Source: an uncultured Poribacteria bacterium (lineage in GTDB: Bacteria > Poribacteria > WGA-4E > WGA-3G). From it: 64,000 bases of DNA. Below are positions 17,761-26,718 of the stretch, piece after piece (the first letter of the stretch is position 1; every line of letters begins with the position of its first letter). The stretch is taken from the NCBI GenBank assembly GCA_958296135.2, contig CATQHZ020000001.1:1504001-1568000 (forward strand), in the 5' to 3' direction. Below the pieces are notes generated by a model, which was not told the origin of the DNA, did no database searches, and was given only the letters and a program-made list of their open reading frames with translations. A program made the position numbers and the translations under genes.

Positions 17761-19152
17761 GACGTTCCTAGCCCCCGAAAATCGAGCCACATCGTGGTAA
17801 AAGCGGATTTATCGTGATAAACGCCAACATAAGTGTTACCGTGTTGGGCAATGATATCACCGCCAGCGCATTGCCCACCTTGTGATAAAGGCAAACACGG
17901 CATACGGGAACACCTCATGAAAACGCACAATATTGCACTGCGCCCGACAGCGGCACAGGTTACCCAATTCCATCAGCACGCGGGCTATCGCCGATTTGTC
18001 TATAACGCTGCTTTGTCCGATTTCAAAGCAGGCTTAGCTGAAGGCGAATGGCGAAACGGCCGCACGTTGCGCACTCGGTTTAATGCCGTGAAGGACGCGC
18101 AGTTTGCGTGGCAGCAGCCGCTCATTGCGCGTGTTGCATCACATGCCTTCGATGATTTTAACACGGCGTGTCAACGGTGGAAAAACAAACTTGCCAAGTT
18201 TCCAAAGTATAAGCGGAAGTCGGGAAAGCAGTCCTTCCGCGTTGACAATAAACGTAACGCCATAACTTGTGATGGCAAGCGGCTTTTCCTGCCGAAGATA
18301 GGCTGGGTGCGGACGTTTGAAGCGTTGCGGTTCAAAGGCGACGTGATGCGCGTAGTGATTAAGAAGCGAGGGCATCGTTGGTTTGCATCGGTGCTCGTCG
18401 AAACCATGCCACTAGCCAAACCCGATTTACGCGGTTTGCCTACCGTGGGCATCGATGTGGGTATCAACACCCTCGCCACTTGCTCTGATGGACGCACCTT
18501 TGGAAACCCACGCGCCTTGGCCCGTTATCAACGTCAACTTTGCCGTGCGCAACGCGCCCTGAGTCGTTCAGTCTATCGCAGTCAGAATTGGTGGAAGAAG
18601 AAGGAACGTGTTGTCCGTATCCACTATCGCATCGCTTGCATCCGTGAGGATGCACATCACAAGGCAAGCACGGCGATTGTGCAGGGCGTGTCGGCGATAG
18701 GCATTGAGTCTCTGAACGTCAAAGGTATGCTCAAGAACCGTCGGCTTGCGAAAGCATTGTCGGACGCTGCACTGGGTGGATTCCTCACCAAGTTAAAGAC
18801 GAAGGCACAGGCACTCGGCGTGCGGATTGAGGAAGCCTCTCAGTGGTTCGCTTCATCGAAGACGTGCAGTGCATGCGGACATAAAAAGGATACCCTCACG
18901 TTATCGGAACGTGAGTATCACTGCAGTGACTGTGGGTTGCGGGCGGACCGCGACTGGAACGCTGCTATAAATTTAACCCCCTCGCCGCTGGTTTGACGGA
19001 GAGGTATGGGTGTTACCTCTCGTATCCGAGAGTTAATACCTTAAACGCTTGTGGAGCTCGTGTCAGACTTCGTTTGGAAGCAGTGAGTGTTGAAGCAGGA
19101 ACTTTAGAAATCGGACATAAGTATCCAGATATGTCTCGATTTCAGGGAACAG
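17761..19152 (+). mobile_element. tnpB-only IS607/IS1341-like element
   Basis: Both ends are homologous to the element at 54533-55162 (left ga..t.ctagc.cccgaaaatc; right tgaagcaggaactt...hairpin...ttc.gggaacag); no tnpA; boundaries +/-2 nt. Confidence 0.75.
17917..18996 (+). CDS. tnpB: RNA-guided endonuclease TnpB
   Basis: N-terminal HAGYRRFVYN; RuvC-I VGIDVG, RuvC-II IGIESLNV, Zn finger CSAC...CSDC, RuvC-III DRDWNAAINL; catalytic D-E-D intact. Confidence 0.92.
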   Translation: MKTHNIALRPTAAQVTQFHQHAGYRRFVYNAALSDFKAGLAEGEWRNGRTLRTRFNAVKDAQFAWQQPLIARVASHAFDDFNTACQRWKNKLAKFPKYKRKSGKQSFRVDNKRNAITCDGKRLFLPKIGWVRTFEALRFKGDVMRVVIKKRGHRWFASVLVETMPLAKPDLRGLPTVGIDVGINTLATCSDGRTFGNPRALARYQRQLCRAQRALSRSVYRSQNWWKKKERVVRIHYRIACIREDAHHKASTAIVQGVSAIGIESLNVKGMLKNRRLAKALSDAALGGFLTKLKTKAQALGVRIEEASQWFASSKTCSACGHKKDTLTLSEREYHCSDCGLRADRDWNAAINLTPSPLV

Positions 19153-19172
19153 AACGATATGCCACGTGTAAG
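18983..19172 (+). ncRNA. Predicted TnpB omega-RNA scaffold plus guide (guide covers the mutS start codon)
   Basis: ctggtttgac...aaacgcttgtggagctcg...tgaagcaggaac, terminal hairpin, gggaacag. TnpB guides are established to derive from the right flank. Confidence 0.6.
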
Positions 19173-21846
19173 ACTGTCCGAACCTTCGTTGATAGAAATC
19201 TATAAACAGGTTAAAAAACAGCATGAGGATGCCATCCTGCTTTGCCGGGTGGGTGATTTCTACGAGGCTTTCTATGAAGACGCGGAGTTAATCGCGCGCC
19301 TGTTGGAAATTACCCTGACGGCCCGGAGCCACAAGAACCAGAAAAAACCGTCGCCGCCGATGGCAGGTATCCCGCACCACGCGCTTGATTCCTACCTCTA
19401 TAAATTGGTGAAAGCCGGGCACAAAGTCGCCATTTTGGAACAGACGGAAGACCCGAGGCAGGCGCGCGATGAGAACCGTCTTGTCAAGCGCGATGTCGTC
19501 CGCATCGTGACACCCGGCACCGTCACCGATCCGAAGGTGCTTGAGCGTAAGGTGAACAACTACCTCATCTCGCTCTATCTGCGCAAGGGTACCTACGGGT
19601 TCGCCGCCGCCGATCTCTCCACCGGCGAATTTCTCGTCACAGAAGTGGCGGAGCTCTCCAAACTCTGGGCTGAAATCCATCGGTTTGCGCCGAAGGAATT
19701 CCTCTTCTCGGAAACCTTCAACGATGAGGAGATGTTGGAGCGGCTCAAAACCGAAGTGAAAGCGACGCTCAACTTTCTACCGGAGTGGCGGTTTGAATTC
19801 GACACCGCGCGCACCGAACTCCTGCAACACTTCCGCACGGTTTCACTGGATGGGTTTGGATGCGAACATCTGCCGATGGCTATCTGTGCCGCCGGCGCGC
19901 TCATCTATTACCTCCACGAAACCCAGAAGCAGGAGGTAGAACATATTCTGTCCCTCCAGCCCTATACGCTCTCGGATTTTATGGTGCTGGATGCCGATAC
20001 ACAGCGCAACCTGGAGTTGACGGCCTCTATTCGCGATGGCACTTCAAAGGGCACACTGCTTGAAGTGTTGGACCAGACGGCTACCTCGATGGGCGGCAGA
20101 AAGATTCGGCAGTGTCTCTTGCAACCGTTGCTTTCAACGGTAGAGATTGCGGCGCGCCTAGATGCAGTTGACGAGCTCAAGACGCAGATTAACCTTCAGG
20201 AAGAATTGCGGGAAGCCCTCGGACAGATGTATGATATGGAGCGGCTCATCTCCCGTATCAGCCTCGGGTCTGTGAACGGCCGCGACCTGCATTCACTCAA
20301 GGACTCGCTGTGCCTGATACCCGCGGTCAAGGCGCAGCTGGAGCACTGTGAGTCCCCGTTGTTAGTCGCGCAAAACGAGGCACTCGATCCGAGGACAGAT
20401 TTGGTGGCATTGATTGAGCGTGGTATTCATCCGAAGCCTCCGGTAACGATTCGCGAAGGTGGCATCATTCGCGATGGGTATAGCGAGGAGCTTGATGAGC
20501 TCCGACAGATTGTCGGGCAGGGGAAGGAGTGGATGGACGCGCTACAAGAGGCGGAACGCAAGAGCAGCGGCATTACCTCCCTGAAAATCGGATACAACCA
20601 GGTCTTCGGCTATTACATTGATGTGACGAAACCGAACCTGCACATGGTGCCGGACTACTACATCCGGAAGCAGACTTTGCGTAATTCCGAACGGTTCATT
20701 ACGCCGGAGCTTAAGGAGAAAGAAGCAATGGTGCTGAACGCGGAGGACCGGATTCAGACGCTGGAATACGAGCTCTTCTGTCAGATTCGGGAGGAGGTGG
20801 CGAAATGGACGAAGGCGATTCAAACTGTTTCTGCTGTTATCGCGATGGTTGACGTTATCGCAAACTTCGCTTATGTCGCCTCCAGATACAACTACGCCAA
20901 ACCTACTGTGGAGGATAGTGACGAGGTGATTATCCGCGATGGACGGCACCCGGTAGTGGAGCAATTGTTCACGCAAGAGGGATTCGTTCCGAACGACACG
21001 CGGCTTAACTGCGCCGATGAGCAGCTGCATATCATTACAGGCCCGAATATGAGCGGGAAAAGCACCTATTTGCGCCAGACAGCCCTCATCGTGTTGATGG
21101 CACAAGTGGGGAGTTTTGTGCCGGCCTCCGCTGCGAAAATCGGGTTAGTCGACCGGATTTTCACGCGCGTTGGCGCGTCTGACAACCTTGTGATGGGACA
21201 AAGCACGTTCCTCGTCGAGATGAACGAAACGGCGAACATTCTCAACAACGCCAGCAGTAAAAGCCTCGTCATTTTGGACGAAGTCGGGCGCGGCACTAGC
21301 ACATTTGATGGGCTCAGCATCGCGTGGGCAGTCTCGGAGTATTTGCTAGACGAAAAGCGGATGGGCGCGAAGACGCTCTTCGCCACGCACTACCACGAGC
21401 TGGTGGAGCTCGCTAGCAAGTACAAGCGCGCGAAGAATTACAACGTCGCCGTTCATGAAGATGGCGAAAAGGTGACGTTTCTCCGGAAAGTCGTGCCCGG
21501 TGGCGCAGACCAGAGTTACGGCATCCACGTCGCGCGATTGGCAGGATTGCCGCACGCGGTGATTGCGCGTGCGCAGCAGATTCTGGAGGTGTTGGAACAG
21601 CACAATATCAGCGTTGAGGCGGACAGCGCGACGGGACGGCCGCCGAAGGCGCATCCGAAGATGCCGCGGCCGCGGCGGCGTACCTCTCGTCAAACGCTGC
21701 AGAGCGACGCGTTGCAGATGGCACTCTTTACGCCGAAGACGCATCCCCTCGTTGAGGAAATCCGGCGGCTAGAGCTCTCGCAGGTGACACCTTTGGATGC
21801 GGTGAACATTCTCTACGATCTGAAGGCGCGGGCGGAAGAGGCGTGA
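19159..21846 (+). CDS. mutS: DNA mismatch repair protein MutS
   Basis: GDFYEAF, ITGPNMSGKSTYLRQ, IFTRVGASD, STFLVEM, DEVGRGTSTFDG, LFATHYHEL. Confidence 0.97.
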   Translation: MPRVRLSEPSLIEIYKQVKKQHEDAILLCRVGDFYEAFYEDAELIARLLEITLTARSHKNQKKPSPPMAGIPHHALDSYLYKLVKAGHKVAILEQTEDPRQARDENRLVKRDVVRIVTPGTVTDPKVLERKVNNYLISLYLRKGTYGFAAADLSTGEFLVTEVAELSKLWAEIHRFAPKEFLFSETFNDEEMLERLKTEVKATLNFLPEWRFEFDTARTELLQHFRTVSLDGFGCEHLPMAICAAGALIYYLHETQKQEVEHILSLQPYTLSDFMVLDADTQRNLELTASIRDGTSKGTLLEVLDQTATSMGGRKIRQCLLQPLLSTVEIAARLDAVDELKTQINLQEELREALGQMYDMERLISRISLGSVNGRDLHSLKDSLCLIPAVKAQLEHCESPLLVAQNEALDPRTDLVALIERGIHPKPPVTIREGGIIRDGYSEELDELRQIVGQGKEWMDALQEAERKSSGITSLKIGYNQVFGYYIDVTKPNLHMVPDYYIRKQTLRNSERFITPELKEKEAMVLNAEDRIQTLEYELFCQIREEVAKWTKAIQTVSAVIAMVDVIANFAYVASRYNYAKPTVEDSDEVIIRDGRHPVVEQLFTQEGFVPNDTRLNCADEQLHIITGPNMSGKSTYLRQTALIVLMAQVGSFVPASAAKIGLVDRIFTRVGASDNLVMGQSTFLVEMNETANILNNASSKSLVILDEVGRGTSTFDGLSIAWAVSEYLLDEKRMGAKTLFATHYHELVELASKYKRAKNYNVAVHEDGEKVTFLRKVVPGGADQSYGIHVARLAGLPHAVIARAQQILEVLEQHNISVEADSATGRPPKAHPKMPRPRRRTSRQTLQSDALQMALFTPKTHPLVEEIRRLELSQVTPLDAVNILYDLKARAEEA

Positions 21847-21907
21847 GCCTCTCACGAGGCGAAAAAATGGGCGGATAGAGACATCCGCCCTTACGCATTG
21901 TCGAGAA

Positions 21908-22876
21908 CTACAACGTAATTGAGTTGCCGGTTCTAGCACATTCATAGATGGCCATGTTCAGCGCGACAGAACGCTTGCCTTCGTGGCCGTCTACCGCTGG
22001 GGATGCGCCATCGTTGATAACGCGGAGCGCGTCCTCAATGACATTGTTCGGATAAGGCGGCAGTTCGATGTTCGGTTCGTCGCCATCCGTGAATTCCCAC
22101 ATATCTGGCCCGAGCCCGACGATGCCTTTTTCGCCGTGGACGTGAATCATGGAGACGCTGCTGCCGGGGAACGTCGTCGTTGTGAGGACGTGTCCGAGTG
22201 CGCCGCTTTCAAATTCCAGAATGGCGGATGTCATATCCTCGGTTTCGCAATTCCCGTGGTCATAGACATCAAAATGCGCGCCGATGACACGCTTGACGGG
22301 CCCCATAAACCAGAGCATCAAATCGATGTAATGCACGCCTTGGTTCATAATGGAGCCGCCGCCGTCCAATTTCCACGTGCCGTGCCAGCCGACGTAGTAA
22401 CTATCGGGGCGTTTCCATTTCATGCGGAGTTCGCATAGCAATGGTCTGCCGATTTCCCCTTGTTGCAGCGCGGCTTGGATGCGCCGGTTGTGGGTGCCGT
22501 AGCGTTCCCCGAAGTCAACAAGCAGTTTGACCTCGTTGTTCTCGCAAGTTTGGATGAGTGCGTCGCAATTTTCGACGCTGACATCCATCGGTTTGGTGGT
22601 GATGACGTGCTTGCCGCGCATCGCTGCCGCCCTGCCAAACTTGCCGTGGAGGCCGCTCGGTGTCATAATCATCGCAACGTCAATATCGTCCCGGTCAAAC
22701 ATTTCAAGCGCGTCGCCGTGGCTTTCGCAGCCGAAGCGTTCTTCTGCGGTTTTCCGGCGTTCCTCAACCAGGTCTGCAACAGCGACGAGCTCGGCACCGT
22801 CTGTCTGGTGAATCATGCCGGACCGGTTCATACCCATGCCGAGTCCGACAACGCCAAAACGTAGTGTATTAGCCAT
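21908..22876 (-). CDS. Gfo/Idh/MocA oxidoreductase
   Basis: GVVGLGMG, HVITTKPM, GGGSIMNQGVHYIDL. Confidence 0.88.
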   Translation of the reverse strand: MANTLRFGVVGLGMGMNRSGMIHQTDGAELVAVADLVEERRKTAEERFGCESHGDALEMFDRDDIDVAMIMTPSGLHGKFGRAAAMRGKHVITTKPMDVSVENCDALIQTCENNEVKLLVDFGERYGTHNRRIQAALQQGEIGRPLLCELRMKWKRPDSYYVGWHGTWKLDGGGSIMNQGVHYIDLMLWFMGPVKRVIGAHFDVYDHGNCETEDMTSAILEFESGALGHVLTTTTFPGSSVSMIHVHGEKGIVGLGPDMWEFTDGDEPNIELPPYPNNVIEDALRVINDGASPAVDGHEGKRSVALNMAIYECARTGNSITL

Positions 22877-22891
22877 GAGAAAATCTCCTAT

Positions 22892-22978
22892 AGGACTTAC
22901 GAACTGAGTGCCGTAGGCGCGGGCGCGGGGTTTCCAACCGCGCCTATTTGTGGAAAATACGGCATTTGCGTAAGTCCT
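22892..22978. mobile_element. MITE/REPIN-like element
   Basis: Perfect 10-bp terminal inverted repeat AGGACTTACG...CGTAAGTCCT enclosing a GTAGGCGCGG..AACCGCGCC palindrome; a further end copy at 24737-24746. Confidence 0.65.
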
Positions 22979-23021
22979 CTCCTATAAACGAATTTTCACC
23001 ATTATAGCACACTGCTGAGTT

Positions 23022-24653
23022 ATGCGATACAAAAAAATAGTCTTCGTCGCGATATTCTCTCTCGTGCTTCTCGCCATGCCCTGCGCAGATGCCCAGATTT
23101 TTACGGATGTGACAGCAGCATTCAGAACCCTTCGGTTCCGCCACATCAATGGCGCGAGCGGACAGAAGTATTTTATTGAACCCCTCGGAAGTGGTGTCGC
23201 GCTCTTCGATTTTGATAATGATGCCGGTCTGGAGCTCTATTTTGTTAACGGCAGCGTGCTGCCCGGGTCTGCCGATTCAATTCCGCCTACAAACGTCCTG
23301 TATCGCAATGATGATGGCAGGTTTACGGACATCACGCGCGAAGCATCTGTCGGCGATACCGGCTATGGGTTCGGTTGTTGCGTCGGCGATTACAATAACG
23401 ATGGATTCCGCGACCTTTATGTGACAAACTACGGCACAAATGTGCTTTATGAAAATAACGGTGATGGCACGTTCACAAATGTGACAGAAAGAGCGGGCGT
23501 TGGCGGTGCGATGCTCAGCACCGGATGTGCCTTCGTTGACTATGATACAGATGGATGGCTAGATCTCTACGTTGTCAATTATGTCCAATTTAGCACTGAG
23601 GCGAATCCGGAATGCTCGCGGCAGGGTATTCGCACTTACTGTACCCCGGAGGCACTCCGCGCCGAGGCGGATATCCTCTACCGTAACAATGGCGATGGCA
23701 CGTTCACAGATGTGACGCAGGCGGCAGGCATTGCTGAATCTCTTGGAAAAGGGTTAGGTGTTGTCTGCGGCGATATAGATAACGATGGGGATGTGGACAT
23801 CTTCGTCGCGAACGATACCACGCCGAATTTTCTCTACCTGAATAACGGCGATGGCACGTTTACAGAAGACGCGCTCTTCGCTGGGGTTGCGCTCAGCGAA
23901 GAGGGCCGCGCCTATAGCGGCATGGGCGCAAACCTCGGCGACTTTGATAACGATGGGTATCTTGACATCGTCATCACCAATTTTCAGGAGCAAACTAACA
24001 GTCTCTACCACAATGCGCAAGATGGGTTTTTCACCGAGGTCAGCTTTGCCAAAGGTGTCGGTGAGAAGAGCCTGCCTTATCTGGCGTGGGGTGTTGATTT
24101 TGTCGACTTTGATAACGACGGTTGGCTGGAGTTGTTTATTGCCAACGGCCACCTTGACGATAATGTCGCGAAGATCGATCCGGTTGGCACGTATGCACAA
24201 CCGAATCAACTTTTTTGGAACGACCGGGGCGACAGTTTTGCCGCGTCTGTTTTAACGGAACGGCGCGTCTATAGCAGTCGCGGTGCCGCCTTCGGCGATA
24301 TAGATAACGATGGGGATGTGGACATTGTCGTCTCTAATATGAACGACGTGCCAACGCTGCTGCGAAACGATAGTGGAAACGCTAGGCGATGGCTGCGCCT
24401 CAAGTTGGTGGGCACGCACTGCAATCGGGATGCGATTGGTGCACGGGCGACGGTTGTCTCTGGGGAATTAACGCAGATTCGTGAGGTGAAGAGCGGTTCT
24501 GGATACCTTAGCCAGAATGAGCTGCAATTACACTTCGGATTGGGTGATGCAGAAAAGGTTGATTCAGTGACAGTCAGATGGCCGTGTGGACAGATTGACA
24601 CCGTGCGAGAGGTAAAGACGAGTCAGATGCTGGTTGTGGAAGAATCCCGATAA
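23022..24653 (+). CDS. CRTAC1-family (FG-GAP + ASPIC/UnbV) secreted protein
   Basis: Signal peptide, repeated DYNNDG/DIDNDGDVD motifs, SRGAAFGD, SGSGYLSQ, LHFGLG. Confidence 0.88.
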   Translation: MRYKKIVFVAIFSLVLLAMPCADAQIFTDVTAAFRTLRFRHINGASGQKYFIEPLGSGVALFDFDNDAGLELYFVNGSVLPGSADSIPPTNVLYRNDDGRFTDITREASVGDTGYGFGCCVGDYNNDGFRDLYVTNYGTNVLYENNGDGTFTNVTERAGVGGAMLSTGCAFVDYDTDGWLDLYVVNYVQFSTEANPECSRQGIRTYCTPEALRAEADILYRNNGDGTFTDVTQAAGIAESLGKGLGVVCGDIDNDGDVDIFVANDTTPNFLYLNNGDGTFTEDALFAGVALSEEGRAYSGMGANLGDFDNDGYLDIVITNFQEQTNSLYHNAQDGFFTEVSFAKGVGEKSLPYLAWGVDFVDFDNDGWLELFIANGHLDDNVAKIDPVGTYAQPNQLFWNDRGDSFAASVLTERRVYSSRGAAFGDIDNDGDVDIVVSNMNDVPTLLRNDSGNARRWLRLKLVGTHCNRDAIGARATVVSGELTQIREVKSGSGYLSQNELQLHFGLGDAEKVDSVTVRWPCGQIDTVREVKTSQMLVVEESR

Positions 24654-24720
24654 TACGCAATGAGTTGGACTGACACAAATGCCATAATTCCTCTGCCGTA
24701 GGCGCGCTTTCAAAGTGCGC

Positions 24721-25491
24721 CTACGGGGTTCTTCTGCGTAAGTCCTCTGTATAATACACACACGCGTGCCGCAAACTGCATTCCTCACATTTGGGCGTTT
24801 TTTGGCAGATTCTCGCGCCGTGCCGAACGATGAGCGCGTGATATTCATTGAACAGTTGGACATCGTGTGGGAGGTTCTCCATGAAGAGGTGGCGCAGTTT
24901 CGCGTAGTGATAGTTCCCTTCAATCCATCCCAACCGCGAGAAGAGGCGATGCGTATAGGCATCGACGACAAAGCTTGGTTTCTCGGCGGCGTAGAGGAGG
25001 ATAGTATCCGCTGTCTCCGGTCCGATGCCGTAGATGGAGAGCAGTTCCTCGCGTAATTCCGAGATGGTTTGTTCAAACATCACGTGCATTGGGCGTTTTG
25101 CGAGGTGTTCCACAAATGCGCGCACCTTTTTCGCCTTGGCGCGATAATAGCGAGAGGGCCGCAGGAGTTTTTCAAGTTCGCTTTGGCTAGTGGCGCGAAT
25201 CTGTGCGGGTGTCCAAGCACCGGCGGTTTTGAGGTTCTCAAAAGCCTTTTCCACGTTTCTCCACGACGTGGCTTGCGTTAAGATGCCGCCGAGTGCCACT
25301 TCAAAGGGTGTTTCTGCGGGCCACCACATCAGCGCGCCGTGTTGCAAACGGAGTTGCTCGTAGAGGGCGAACAACTTTTCATTGAGGTTTTCTTGACAAA
25401 CAATTCGCATGAATTGAATTCTATCATCATTTCGTTTTTGTGTCAATATCAGGATGATTTCGTTTTCAATTGCCGGTCTCTCCATTGTCAT
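24721..25491 (-). CDS. Endonuclease III-related HhH-GPD protein (start may be downstream)
   Basis: WWPAETPFEV, ILTQ, GIGPETAD, VVDAY, C-terminal 4Fe-4S motif C-x6-C-x2-C-x5-C. Confidence 0.85.
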   Translation of the reverse strand: MTMERPAIENEIILILTQKRNDDRIQFMRIVCQENLNEKLFALYEQLRLQHGALMWWPAETPFEVALGGILTQATSWRNVEKAFENLKTAGAWTPAQIRATSQSELEKLLRPSRYYRAKAKKVRAFVEHLAKRPMHVMFEQTISELREELLSIYGIGPETADTILLYAAEKPSFVVDAYTHRLFSRLGWIEGNYHYAKLRHLFMENLPHDVQLFNEYHALIVRHGARICQKTPKCEECSLRHACVYYTEDLRRRTP

Positions 25492-25599
25492 GGTAGATGT
25501 CTATATCTGTCCTGACTGTTTATCCGAGAGCTGAATTGTTCTGGTGTCGGCCTGACATTCGGTTGCGATTTAACCGGCTTTGTGTTAAACTATTGGGAA

Positions 25600-26718
25600 A
25601 TGAACAACCAATTACAGCCTAAATCACACAGAATAGCGATTCTCGCAGAAGGTTCGTTTGGCATCCTAGCATCGAAGACAGCGACGGTGCTGGTGCGTTA
25701 TCTTCCGGACAACGTTGTCGCCGTGATTGATAGCGCGAAGGCGGGACGAGACGTTAGCGAGGTTATTGAGATTGGGGCGGGTATCCCGGTAGTCCGCGAC
25801 CTGGCGGAGGCGATGCAGTTTCAACCGACGATGCTGGCCATCGGCATCGCGCCGCCCGGTGGCGAGTTACCGAGTGCGTGGCGCGCTGTTCTTCGCGAAG
25901 CCATCGCTGGCGGGTTGCATGTCATGAGCGGGCTTCATCGATTTCTGAGCGAAGATGCCGAACTCGCCGAGCTCGCCGCGAAGCACGATGTTGTCTTGTG
26001 GGACGCGCGGAAACCGCCGGCTCATTTGCCGGTGGCGACGTGCAAAGCTGCGGAAGTGAAATCCACCGTTATCCTCACCGTCGGTTCGGATTGCCGCGTT
26101 GGGAAGATGTTGTCGGGCATAGAGGTGACGAACGCTGCGAAGGCACGCGGGGTCCGCGCCGAATTTTGTCCAACGGGACAGAACGGCATTATGGTATGGG
26201 GATGGGGTATTGCGATTGATGCTGTCGTCTCCGATTTCACTGCTGGTGCTGCTGAGCAGATTGTGCTGGCAGGCACGCGGGCCCATGATGTGTTACTCGT
26301 TGAGGGCCAGGGTTCCCTTGTCCATCCGGGGTATTCCGGCGTGACGTTAAGTCTGCTCCACGGAAGCCTACCGGATGCGATGATATTTTGTCATCAACCG
26401 TCGCGGGACACGGTGGCGCGTTATACGGTGCCGTTGCCTTCGCTGCTGCAGATGATTGCGCAATATGAGATGATGGCTGCGCCGATTAAACCGGCGAAGG
26501 TTATCGGTTTGGCGTTGAATTGCTTCGATTTATCTGAATCGGAGGCACTTGCAGCTATCGCTGCGGCGGAGGCGGAAACGGGCCTGCCGGCGACAGATGT
26601 GGTGCGGTTTGGTGCGGATAAGTTGGTGGATGCAATTCTGAAGGTGCATCCGGCAAAGTCGGCTGAGGAGAATGAGCATGCGCGAAATAAAACAATGTCA
26701 CACTCCCCCGAACGTTGA
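25600..26718 (+). CDS. DUF1611 family (DgcN-like) protein
   Basis: GIAPPGG, SGLH, VGSDCRVGK, TGQNGI, VEGQGSL.HP.Y, LLHGS.PD. Confidence 0.85.
   Translation: MNNQLQPKSHRIAILAEGSFGILASKTATVLVRYLPDNVVAVIDSAKAGRDVSEVIEIGAGIPVVRDLAEAMQFQPTMLAIGIAPPGGELPSAWRAVLREAIAGGLHVMSGLHRFLSEDAELAELAAKHDVVLWDARKPPAHLPVATCKAAEVKSTVILTVGSDCRVGKMLSGIEVTNAAKARGVRAEFCPTGQNGIMVWGWGIAIDAVVSDFTAGAAEQIVLAGTRAHDVLLVEGQGSLVHPGYSGVTLSLLHGSLPDAMIFCHQPSRDTVARYTVPLPSLLQMIAQYEMMAAPIKPAKVIGLALNCFDLSESEALAAIAAAEAETGLPATDVVRFGADKLVDAILKVHPAKSAEENEHARNKTMSHSPER

Noticed and set aside
17917-18996. Nuclease-dead TnpB (TldR-like) repressor or Cas12f
   Set aside because: All three RuvC acidic residues are present and there is no CRISPR array.
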